Notes under the pieces: generated by a model
What the model saw: only the letters and a program-made list of their open reading frames with translations
The model's database searches: none
Told to the model about the DNA's origin: nothing
Program-made: the position numbers and the translations under genes
NCBI RefSeq assembly: GCF_964213995.1
Contig: NW_027590120.1
Coordinates: 1,798,001-1,862,000, forward strand
Length of the DNA: 64,000 nt
Reading direction: 5' to 3'
From: Mustelus asterias
Taxonomy: Eukaryota
Part shown: positions 37,527 through 48,467 of the stretch, one piece after another
How the letters are laid out: the number at the start of each line of letters is the position of its first letter
How positions within the stretch are numbered: the first letter of the stretch is position 1

Positions 37527-38199
37527 GGTGCAGGTGTCCTTACCTCTCTCTTGGGTGGACAATTAGTTGAAACTTCGTCCACACACAGAACAAGATTACA
37601 GTCTCTACCCGCTGTGAATGGTGTGATATTTATTCAGACTGTGTAATTGGTTTAAGCTCTTTAGTCAGTGCAATGGAACACTCTCACTCGAGTGTGGCAG
37701 TGTGTCGATGCTTTTTCACTCACACTGACATTTCAAATCTTTTCAAATTGACAGACTGGACAATCATTTCTCCTTCTGGATTCAAAGTCTGATGATATTG
37801 AGGTCCCAAGGAATATGATTCTGTCGCGTCTAGACGTGACGTTTGAGATTTCAGCCTGTGATTCCTCTTTCAATATCCTGTAAAATGAGTTTACAAAAGT
37901 CATCAGTGTCAGTACAGGATAGAAATTCAGAACAGACAATTTCTATGGAACATTCTTTCCTCTCTCATTCCCCAAAAGCTGGAAATCTCCATCCCACACA
38001 CTCTCTCCCCATTCTCAGCAGGTCTGGCAGCATCTGTATGGAGAGAAAAGAACTGATGTTTCAGAGCTTTGACAAAGGGTCGTCTAGACAAGAAACATCA
38101 GCTCTTTTCTCTCCTTACAGATGCTGCCAGACCTGCTGACATTTTCCAGCATTTTCTCTCTTGGTTTCAGATTCCAGCATCCGCAGTAATTTGCTTTTA

Positions 38200-39230
38200 T
38201 AAGGCTGCAGATACCTCCTCCCAAGTAACATGCGTGTGCCCAAGACATCACCACTTGTTTCCCTTATTTCTTTAGCACCCATGGTGCTCTCCGCAGTAAA
38301 CACAGAGGAGAAGTATTCATTAAAAATCTCACCCATCTCCTGTGGCTCCACACACAGATGGCCATACTGATTTTTAAGGGGATCTATTCTCTCTCTCTAG
38401 CCACCCTTTTACTCTTAATATAGCTATAGAACCTCTTGGAATTTTCTTTAATCTTACCTGCCAGATCCATATCATACCCTCTTTTTGTCCTCCTGATTTC
38501 CCTCCTCAGTATTTTCTTACACTTTTTATAGTCAGAGTGATTCACTTGTCCCCGATTTCCTAAACCCAATGTATGCTTCCTTCTTTTACCTGACCAGAGC
38601 CTCAATGTCCCTTGTCTGCCAGAGATCCTTAAATTTACCATTATTTCCCTTCACCTTAACAGGAATATACTGCCCCTGGACTCTTGATATCACACTTTTA
38701 AAACCTCCCATTTGCCAGTCATTCCTTTCCCTTCAAACAAACTCACCGAATCGACATCTGCTCGATCCTGCCTAATGGCCACAAAAGTGGCCCTGCTCCA
38801 GTTTAGGGCCTTGACCTGTGGACCTGTCCTATTTTTTTCCAGAACTATTTTGAAACTATTGGTGCTCCCAATAGTGCTCCCTGACTGACACTTCAGTCAC
38901 TTGCTCCACCTCATTTCTTAACTGTCTAATAGAAAGTGAGTCCAGGAATTGATGATGAAAAATAAGGAGCTGGGAGATGAATTGAACAAGTATTTTGCCT
39001 CGATGTTCACAATAGAGGATACAGTTAAAACTCAGAAACAGCTGGAAATCAGAAAACAGAAGTGTGGGATGAACCCTGAAAAAGCACAATTCCCAGGGAA
39101 GTGGTCCTCAGCAAACTGTTGGAGCTGTGGGCTGATGGGTCCTCGGGTCCTGCTGGGCTTCATTCTCGGGTCCTGCTGGGCTTCATTCTCGGGTCCTGCT
39201 GGGCTTCATTCTCGGGTCTGAACAGAGGGA
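38200..39230. mobile_element. Internal CR1 ORF2 fragments (minus ~38200-38925, plus ~38930-39230) ending in a 23-bp tandem (39142-39218)
   Basis: KIKENSKRFYSYIKSKR, EIFNEYFSSVFT, ELNKYFASMFT; gggtcctgctgggcttcattctc x3. Confidence 0.75.
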
Positions 39231-39259
39231 GATAGTTGATGTTGTTCAATTTTCTAAAC

Positions 39260-39728
39260 CGTCTGTCGCCATTCCCCGCACTGCGCATGCTTCAGGTCCC
39301 GCCCCTCATTCACTCCCATTGGTTGGAGGACCAGCCGCTCCTGCTCGGTCCTCCAGCCCCGCCCCCTCTTTCTATTGGTCCGGAGCTGCCGTCAATCAGT
39401 CCCCGGGCATTGTGATGTGGAGCATGCGCAGTGTCATTGCTGTCCTTGGCGCTTGTTTGTCCCGGAGAAGCGGAGTCAGCGTTAGGCGGTGGCTGGGAGG
39501 ATTTGGAAACACTTTGTGGATCCGCAAACCCTTCAGAATCATTGTCAGCTCCCTGGTTTGCAGCTGCGGGGCTTCTCCCTCCCTCCCTCCCGGGAACAGG
39601 CCCAGGTTAACGGCCCCATCCTGGCTCAGCCACTGGAGGATGGTTCACATCAGAGGATGGGGGAGGGGGACAATAAATAAGAGGTTACACTTTGACCTCA
39701 AATCAATGAGGACTCCGATCTCTGGGAA
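39260..39728. promoter_or_regulatory. Bidirectional-type CpG promoter, near-identical to 4550-5000; likely drives minus-strand ZNF at 37877
   Basis: NRF1 half-sites at both ends, ATTGG x2, GC boxes, palindrome 39324-39355. Confidence 0.75.
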
Positions 39729-40526
39729 GAACATAGAACAGTATAGCACAGAACAGGCCCTTCGGCCCACGATGTTGTGCCGAGCTTTATCTGAAACCAA
39801 GATCAAGCTATCCCACTCCCTATCATCCTGGTGTGCTCCATGTGCCTATCCAATAACCGCTTAAATGTTTCTAAAGTGTCTGACTCCACTATCACTGCAG
39901 GCAGTCCATTCCACACCCCAACCACTCTCTGCGTAAAGAACCTACCTCTGATATCCGTCCTGTATCTCCCACCACGAACCCTATAGTTATGCCCCCTTGT
40001 AATAGCTCCATCCACCCGAGGAAATAGTCTTTGAACGTTCACTCTATCTATCCCCTTCATCATTTTATACACCTCTATTAAGTCTCCCCTCAGCCTCCTC
40101 CGCTCCAGAGAGAACAGCCCTAGCTCCCTCAACCTTTCCTCATATGACCTACCCTCCAAACCAGGCAGCATCCTGGTAAATCTCCTCTGCACTCTTTCCA
40201 GCGCTTCCACATCCTTCTTATAGTGAGGTGACCAGAACTGCACACAATATTCCAAATGTGGTCTCACCAAGGTCCTGTACAGTTGCAGCATAACCCCACG
40301 GCTCTTAAACTCCAACCCCCTGTTAATAAAAGCTAACACACTATAGGCCTTCTTCACAGCTCTATCCACTTGACTGGTAACCTTTAGAGATCTGTGGATA
40401 TGGACCCCAAGATCTCTCTGTTCCTCCACAGTCTTCAGAACCCTACCTTTGACCCTGTAATCCACATTTAAATTTGTCCTACCAAAATGAATCACCTCAC
40501 ATTTATCAGGGTTAAACTCCATTTGC
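39729..40526 (-). mobile_element. Young 5'-truncated CR1/HER1 LINE, open frame
   Basis: ORF 39803-40522 uninterrupted RT C-terminus; tail ctgttctatgttc. Confidence 0.95.
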
Positions 40527-41429
40527 CCTGGGAGGTGGGCGGGGAGGATTCACAATCACCCGCTGGAGGCCCCAACACCCCCAGTAAAAAGCTGCAGCTC
40601 CCTGCAGTGACCGGGAAAGAAAATAATTGATTTTATTTTCACTCTGTACAAAAGAGAACTGAACCCAGCCAGAATAGAGGGTGGGAGAAAAGATTTGTGA
40701 AGATATTTCACACTGGGTTTGCCAGGCTGACCAACTCTCTCTGAGAAAATGAAAGGACATCCTTCATGAGTCTGTCGGAGCAGGTGAGCAGTATTGTGTG
40801 CGGTGCTGCTGGAACTGCGAGGGTGGGCACGGGCTGGTTGGCAGCCAGAACAGCTGGAAGAGGGTGCTGCACACATCCATCTTATGGGTGAAACAGCGCC
40901 CATACGCCATGCAGCCTGGCACACTGGAGTCATGGGACAATCCATTGAAATATGAGCTGGTTGGTCAGTGTGGGAGTTGGTTGCAGGACAGGGAGGAGGG
41001 AAAGTGTTCAGGATGAGGATTTACTGCTGCACAGGAACAAGTGAGGAAACGATGTTCCACAGAACATAGTTTCAAATTCCAGCATCCGCAGTAATTTGCT
41101 TTGATTCCAAATAAACTTATTGGACTTTAACCTGGTGTTCTGAGACTTCTTACTGTGCAAACTCCACAGAGACAGTCACCCACCGCTGGAATCGAACCCA
41201 GACTCAATGAGGCAGCAGTGCGAACCACTGTGTCACAGTGAAGGGAGTTTGCCGCAAATTTCGGGTGATAACAATGGGCTGGATGTTGCTCAGAATGTGG
41301 AGCACTGCAGCAAAGTACAGAGAGACAGAGACAGAGCAGCAAACTGGACTGAGAAATGGAGTCTGCAGACTGGAACTGGCAGCATGAGGAGAGGTTATTT
41401 AGTCTAACACTCACAGCAATCTACAACCC

Positions 41430-42775
41430 ACCCCCATTACCGAGACAGTGAGACAGAGATTACAAACACTCACCAACACAGCTCCACTGAAACGTCCCAG
41501 GAAAAAGAGGGAATCTGTGGCGGTTCCTGTCCTGAAATAGCCCCAGGACTGTCACTCAAACCCCCAACCCGGCCCAGTTCACAGCTCAGCCTCTCAGCTT
41601 GCAGCTTCCTGCACCTTGAGCCAACCCTGTCCAGGTGTGGGAGGGATGTGGAACCACAGAGTGGGGGGAGGGGTGACCTCCTGCTGTGCCCCAAATAGTT
41701 TCTCCTTCCCCTCCCCCATGACGCTCTAAGGTCTGAATGTGGATGTGTTGATGGACATTGCAGAGCCTCACGGAGCTGCGCCTGTCCCTTATCCTGGGTC
41801 ACCCCCTCCCCCTGGGTCCAGTGTGTTCAGTTCGCTGCTTCTTTCCCTGCTGAACCTTCAGTTAATCAAAAACAGAAAGTGCTGGAAAACCTCAGCAGGT
41901 CTGATCGCATCTGTGATCATCCAGACTGGAAACATTAACTCCATTCTCTCTCCACAGATGCTGTCAGACCTGCTGAGATTTTCCAGCATTTTCTGTTTCA
42001 GATTCCAACACCCGCAGTATTTTGCTTTTATCTTCATTTAAAGAAGCATTCTGTGAAGGCCTTTACCCCCATTGCTCCTTTCCAGAGCTTCCCACCTTCT
42101 GCTATTGTCCCTGACTCCCACAGTAACTGTCATTCCTTCCCTTTATCCCGCTCACATCCCGCTCGAAACTCAGGCTCAGAGTTTTACCGCCATCTCCCCC
42201 TCCCCCAGCTCCCACATCCCAACACCCGGAATCTCTAACCCAGCGGTTCCAGTTTGTCTGGTTTGAGTTCAGATTTGCCGCAGCACCGACAGGATTTCAC
42301 TTCAAACCAGCCGGAACTGACTGCTCACAAATCCCAAAACGTTTCTCCAGCAGCCCGGGCTTGTTCACGTTGTTTAAAGTCAGCGCCCAAATGCAGTTAC
42401 TCTCCTCAGTTTAAAAAACTTCTCCGTTTAATCCAAAGTATTATTCGCACCAGACATAAACACAAAATTGTGAACGTTACCCACCGCCCCCCTCTCCTCT
42501 CCCCCGCCCCCCCCAACCAGACCCGAGCTGGGGTGTCCTGAGTAAGAGACATCTGTTTCGGGTGTGACAATTCTTACACATTCTCTGGTTGACATCAAAC
42601 GGAAAACGCTGGAAATTGCCCCCATTACCGAGATAGTGAGACAGAGATTACAAACACTCACCAACACAGCTCCAGTGAAATGTCCCAGGGAAAAGGGGGA
42701 ATCTGTGGCTGTTCCTGTCCTGATATCGCCCCAGGACTGTCACTCAAAACCTCAACGCCGCCCAGTTCACAGCAA
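41430..42775. repeat. ~155-bp direct duplication (41430-41585 and 42619-42774) containing a minus-strand donor TTG|GTGAGT
   Basis: cccccattaccgaga.agtgagacagagattacaaacactcaccaacacagctcca in both. Confidence 0.8.
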
Positions 42776-42971
42776 ATTGCTGCTTTTGTCAAAAGGGTCA
42801 CTTGGACTCGAAACCTCAGCTCTTTTTGTCTCCTTACAGATGCTGCCAGACCTGCTGAGATTTTCCAGCGTTTTCTCTTTTGGCTGGAAATACTCAACAA
42901 GTCAGGCAGCCTCTGTGGAGAGAGAAACAGACTGAATGTGACCTGTCATCGGAACTGGGAAATATAATATT

Positions 42972-44027
42972 AGAGGGTGGTGGTTGATAGTAAATATTCA
43001 TCATGGAGTGCGGTTACAAGTGGTGTACCTCAGGGATCTGTTTTGGGGCCACTGCTGTTTGTAATATTTATTAATGATCTGGATGAGGGTATAGTTGGGT
43101 GGATTAGCAAATTTGCTGATGACACCAAAGTCGGTGGTGTGGTAGACAGTGAGGAAGGGTGTCGTAGTTTGCAGGAAGACTTAGACAGGTTGCAAAGTTG
43201 GGCCGAGAGGTGGCGGATGGAGTTTAATGCGGAGAAGTGTGAGGTAATTCACTTTGGTAGGAATAACAGATGTGTTGAGTATAGGGCTAACGGGAGGACT
43301 TTGAATAGTGTGGAGGAGCAGAGGGATCTAGGTGTATGTGTGCATAGATCCCTGAAAGTTGGGAATCAAGTAGATAAGGTTGTTAAGAAGGCATATGGTG
43401 TCTTGGCGTTTATTGGTAGGGGGATTGAATTTAGGAGTCGTAGCGTTATGTTGCAACTGTACACAACTCTGGTGCGGCCGCACTTGGAGTACTGTGTGCA
43501 GTTCTGGTCCCCACATTACAGGAAGGATGTGGAGGCTTTGGAGAGGGTGCAGAGGAGGTTTACCAGGATGTTGCCTGGTATGGAGGGGAGATCCTATGAG
43601 GAGAGGCTGAGGGATTTGGGATTGTTTTCGCTGGAAAGGCGGCGGCTAAGAGGGGATCTTATTGAAACATATAAGATGATTAGAGGTTTAGATAGGGTGG
43701 ATAGTGATAGCCTTTTTCCTCTGATGGAGAAATCCAGCACGAGGGGGCATGGCTTTAAATTGAGGGGGGGTAGTTATAGAACCGATGTCAGGGGTAGGTT
43801 CTTTACCCAGAGGGTGGTGAGGGATTGGAATGCCCTGCCAGCATCAGTAGTAAATGCGCCTAGTTTGGGGGCGTTTAAGAGATCCGTAGATAGGTTCATG
43901 GACGAAAAGAAATTGGTTTAGGTTGGAGGGTCACAGTTTTTTTTTTTTAACTGGTCGGTGCAACATCGTGGGCCGAAGGGCCTGTTCTGCGCTGTAATGT
44001 TCTATGTTCTATGTTCTATGTTCTATT
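42972..44027 (+). mobile_element. Young 5'-truncated CR1/HER1 LINE, open frame, (tgttcta)n tail
   Basis: ORF 42977-43921, 314 aa, [16 protein letters not shown]. Confidence 0.95.
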
Positions 44028-44333
44028 TCTCGCAACTGAAAGAAACACTTTACAGCCTTTAGAACAAAACTGAGCTCAACAATTTTACACCACAATCTCT
44101 GCCCCCATTGTGTTCTGTGTTTCGTTGCTGCTTTTTTCACCTCATTTCCCTTTTGTTCACTTTACATTCAGACTATCGCTCACCGGCTATTCACACCTCA
44201 TCCAGAACATCTTTTGTGTCTTTACTTGTCCCATTACCACTCGCTTTGGTCTTGGGCCGTGAAACATTTTGTCAGTTTGCAGATCTTTCATTTTGTTCTT
44301 CTCCACCTCCCTCTCTCAATTCTTCAGAGGTCA

Positions 44334-44371
44334 GTCTTTGACAAAGGGTCATCTGGACTCGAAACGTCAGC
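44334..44371 (+). ncRNA. Family-2 hammerhead motif with U3:A8 core; predicted GUC cleavage after 44368
   Basis: GUCU-UUGACAA-A-GGGUC.AUCUG.GACUC-GAA-ACGU-C-AGC; stem I weakened. Confidence 0.7.
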
Positions 44372-44388
44372 ACTTTTCTCTCCTGACA

Positions 44389-44866
44389 AATGCCCGTGAC
44401 CACTGAAGTGCGTCATGGGCATTCAGCCTCTGATCTTTGGGTAAACATTCTCCAAGGCGGCCTTCAGGACACACGACAGCGCAGAGTCGCTGAGCAGAAA
44501 CTGATAGCCAAGTTCCGCACACATGAGGACGGCCTAAACCGGGATGTTGGCTTGATGTCACACTATCAGTAATCCCCACAGCTTGCCTCCTGGACTTGCT
44601 GGTTGTCCTGTCTGGAGACAATACGAATCTCTTTAACCTGTGCTTAATGCTCCCTCCACTCACATTGTCTGTATCTTTAAGAACTGGTTGGCTGTAGAGA
44701 TTTGCATTCTAATCAGTATTCTGTAACTTGATTTTGTGTCTCTGTGCACTGTTTGAGAGCAGATTTCCACTCCATCTGACGAAGGAGCAACGCTCCAAAA
44801 GCTAATGGTATTTGCTATCAAATAAACCTGTTGGACTTTAACCTGGTGTTGTTAAAACTGTTACTC
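44389..44866 (+). mobile_element. Penelope-like 3' fragment with short inverted 5' end; hammerhead 44772-44808 carries G12A
   Basis: ORF 44390 HGHSASDLWVNILQGGLQDTRQRRVAEQKLIAKFRTHEDGLNRD. Confidence 0.85.
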
Positions 44867-44925
44867 TAAATATATCCCCATCGCTCTGGGTGGGAGTGGA
44901 ATTGATGATTTCTTGACTGTCTGTC

Positions 44926-45533
44926 TGCACTGCTGCCTCACACTGCCAGGGACCCGGGTTCAATTCCCAGCTTGGGTCACTGTCTGTGTGGAGTCTGTAC
45001 GTTCTCCCCGTGTCTGTGTGGGTTCCCTCCGGGTGCTCCAGTTTCCTCCCACAGTCTGAAAGATGCGCTATTTAGGTGCATTGACCCAAATAGGTGCTGG
45101 AGTGTGGCGACTCGGGGAATTTCACAGTAACTTCATTGCAGTGTTAATGTCAGCCTTACTTGTGACTAATAAATAAATTTAACTTTTAACTTTAATTTTG
45201 TGAACTCATAGAATCATAGAATCTTACAGTGCAGAAGAAGGCCATTCAGCCCATCGAGTCTGCACCAACCACAATCCCACCCAGGCCCTATCCCCGTAAC
45301 TCCACATATTTAACCTGCTAATCCTCCTGACACTAGGGTCAATTTAGCATGGCCAGTCAACCTAAGCAGCACATCTTTGGACTGTGGGAGGAAACCGGAG
45401 CACCCGGAGGAAACCCACGCAGACACAGGGAGAATATGCAGACTCTGCACAGACAGTGACCCAAGCCAGGAATTGAACTCAGGTACGTGGCGCTGTGAGG
45501 CAGTAGTGCTAACCGCTGTGCCACCATGCCGCC
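44926..45533. mobile_element. Tail-to-tail V-SINEs: alternative-tail copy plus (44926-45195), HE1 minus (45206-45533)
   Basis: A/B boxes and V-domain on respective strands. Confidence 0.85.
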
Positions 45534-45705
45534 CTAATCTCCTTGAACAAATAGTAAATTGTAGAGATTATAAAGTTTGAATTGTAATATCTAATGGTGT
45601 AAAGTATCTGGGAGCAGAGTGGATGTGATAAAGGCTGGAATACAGACTGTGGGAATGAGGGTGAAACTGCTGTGCTCAGTGAATGGTTCTTATTGGAGGG
45701 AGGGA

Positions 45706-47012
45706 TGTAGCGGGATCTTCCTTGTTACTCCACTTACAGGCCGATGTTTGAGGGTCTGCCGATAGCTGTGAGTGTCTCTCTCTTACAGGCCTTGAAATTT
45801 CAAAGGCCGGGGAATGCTGCACTGGGGCAACTCCACAGGAGAGAGCGCTGAACCAGGCTCACCGTTTATACCTGATCGGTAACCTGATACTTATATCACA
45901 CAGCCATCCCAAAACCACCACCAAGGCCTGAGTGATTCTCTCCCTTGTCGGTGGGACAATGGCCACCCTGCACCCACTCCACTCGAGTAGGTCTCCAAGA
46001 GAGAGAACAGAGAGACTCCGTTCTTTATCTCCTGACCAGCAGTCTCCCTTGAGTGAGTGGGTTTGAATCGCTCAGATCACCCTCGGTTCCAGACTCCGGA
46101 TTTATGGTAAGGGATATTGAAGCTGTGACCTCGTCAGAGTGCACTGATGAGAGAACAAGAGGCAAGACAAACTCCAAATGAGTTTCAAAACTTACAGTGA
46201 TTTATTTAACAATAAAATCAACCTCTTCAATACCCCACCACACATGAATAAAACTTATACTTTATACTACACTATGGGAGAAATGCTAATGGGTACAATG
46301 TATTACTGAACTTTAAAATTACAATACACCACCCCTCCCCTTGCCTCAACCTCTATCCTATCCTCGGGAGCTTCGCATGGTTGGCTGGGATACTCACAAT
46401 TCTAAAAGGGGTTCCTTTGTGGTCGGCTCAAATGTCTTAGTGCAGGGTCGAAACTGAAGAGAGCTCGGTCCTGCTGGTCTGCTTCTCAGCTTGCGATTCT
46501 GGAAGAGAGCTTGGTCCTGCTTGTCTGTGTCACTGCTTGCGATTCTGGAAGAGAGCTTGGTTCTGCTTGTCTGTGTCACTGCTTGTGATTCTGGAAGAGA
46601 GCTTGGTTCTGCTTGTTTGACTCTCAGCTCAATTTAACAAAAACACCTTCCCTGCCCCAATAGGTGATTTTCAAGGACAATGGGGCTTTCGATCACCGGC
46701 AGTTTCAGTTTAATTCAGTCAAGTCCACACACAAAAGGCTGGAACTGCCTTGACCCCCCGTGGGTCGTTATTTCAATGTCTTCTGTGGATGGGCCGATTT
46801 CTGTGGTCATGGACTCCCTGCTGGTCTGTTTACTGTCCTTTGTCCTTCTGATGATTTGATCACTGGTGTGTCTGCCTTTTTGGCCACTTGCATATTCAGG
46901 GGGCTCACACCTTTTTTTCTCTTCGCACAGTCCACCGACAGGTTATGTTTGTCCTGCCGAACCTTCTGGGAGGTTTTTATCAGCCAGCAGCCAGAGTTGG
47001 CCACTTTTAAAC
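45706..47012. other. Unclassified insertion, possibly LTR-like, containing 46-bp tandem repeat (46457-46617, ~3.5 copies)
   Basis: Starts tgta, AT-rich polyA-like tract ~46200; tandem gaagagagcttggt.ctgcttgtctgtgtcactgcttg.gattctg is certain, LTR call is not. Confidence 0.3.
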
Positions 47013-47013
47013 T

Positions 47014-47740
47014 GCTGCGACAACGGATCATAGAAATCATAGAAACCCTACAGTGCAGAAGGAGGCCATTCGGCCCATCGAGTCTGCACCGACCACAATC
47101 CCACCCAGGCCCTACCCCCACATATTTACCCACTAATCCCTCTAACCTACGCATCTCAGGACTCTAAGGGGCAATTTTTAACCTGGCCAATCAACCTAAC
47201 CCGCACGTCTTTGGACTTTGGATGAATGAACACCGCTCGACCATCATCAGGAAAGACTGTTCTCTTCCTGTGGGGGAGCACTTCAGCAGTCACGGGCATT
47301 CAGCCTTGGATCTTCAGGTAAGCATTCTCCAAGGCGGCCTACACGACAGCGCAGAGTCGCTGAGCAGAAACTGATAACCAAGTTCCGCACACATGAGGAC
47401 GGCCTAAACCGGGATGTTGGATTTATGTCACATTATCAGTAACCCCCACAGCTTGCCCCCTGGACTTGCAGAATCTTACTAGCTGTTCTGTCTGGAGACA
47501 ATACACATCTCTTTAACCTGTGTTTAATGCTCCCTCCACCCACATTGTCTGTACCTTTAAGACCTGGCTGGTTGTAGGGATTCGCATTCTAATTAGTATT
47601 CTGTAACTTGATTTGTGTCTCTGTGCACTGTTTGAGAGCACATTTCCACTCCATCTGACGAAGGAGCAGCGCTCCGAAAGCTTATGGTATTTGCTACCAA
47701 ATAAACTTGTTGGACTTTAACCTGGTGTTGTGAGACTCAC
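47014..47740 (+). mobile_element. Penelope-like 3' fragment interrupted by minus HE1 3' half (47028-47219)
   Basis: ctgcgacaacggat|SINE|ggatgaatgaacaccgc rejoins to LRQRMNEHR. Confidence 0.85.
47651..47687 (+). ncRNA. Minimal type I hammerhead ribozyme, intact core (family 1); predicted cleavage after U47683
   Basis: CCAU-CUGACGA-A-GGAGC.AGC.GCUCC-GAA-AGCU-U-AUGG. Confidence 0.78.
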
Positions 47741-48185
47741 TGGAGCCCCAGGCCATTCTTGCCATCCTGCCAGGTCTCGGGTACTGAGGCCAGTAGTAAA
47801 GTTTATTAATGCGTCACAAGAAGGTTTACATTCGCACTGTAAGTAAGTTACTGTGAAAATCCCCGAGTCGCCACACTCCGGCACCTGTTCGGGTACACTG
47901 AGGGAGAATTCAGCATGGCCAATGCACCTAACCATTATGGTATTTGCTACCAAATAAACCTGTTGGACTTTAACCTGGTGTTGTGAGACCTCTTACCGTG
48001 TTCACCCCAGTCCAACGCTGGCATCGCCACATCATCCCCTCCTGTCCACCAGAGGTCGCTGTAGGCCTCCCAGCTGCTGCTCCTCCCAGTGTCACCTCTT
48101 GCCCACTCCAGCCCCTCCAGTACACCTCACTGGAGCCCCAGGCCATTCTTGCCATCCTGCCAGGTCTCGGGTACTGAGGCCAGTA

Positions 48186-48467
48186 GTAAAGTTTATTAAT
48201 GCGTCACAAGAAGGTTTACATTCGCACTGTAAGTAAGTTACTGTGAAAATCCCCGAGTCGCCACACTCCGGCACCTGTTCAGGTACACTGAGGGAGAATT
48301 CAGCTTGGTCAATGCACCTAACCAGCACATCTTTTGGACTGTGGGAGGAAACCGGAGCACCTGGAGGAAATCCACAGACACGTGGAAAATGTGCAAACTC
48401 CACACAGTGACCCAAGCCGGGAATCAATTCCAAATCCCTGGCGCTAACCACTGTGCCACTGTACCAC
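48186..48467 (-). mobile_element. V-SINE alternative-tail copy (partial duplicate at 47797-47934)
   Basis: Same sequence family as 14181-14470. Confidence 0.8.
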
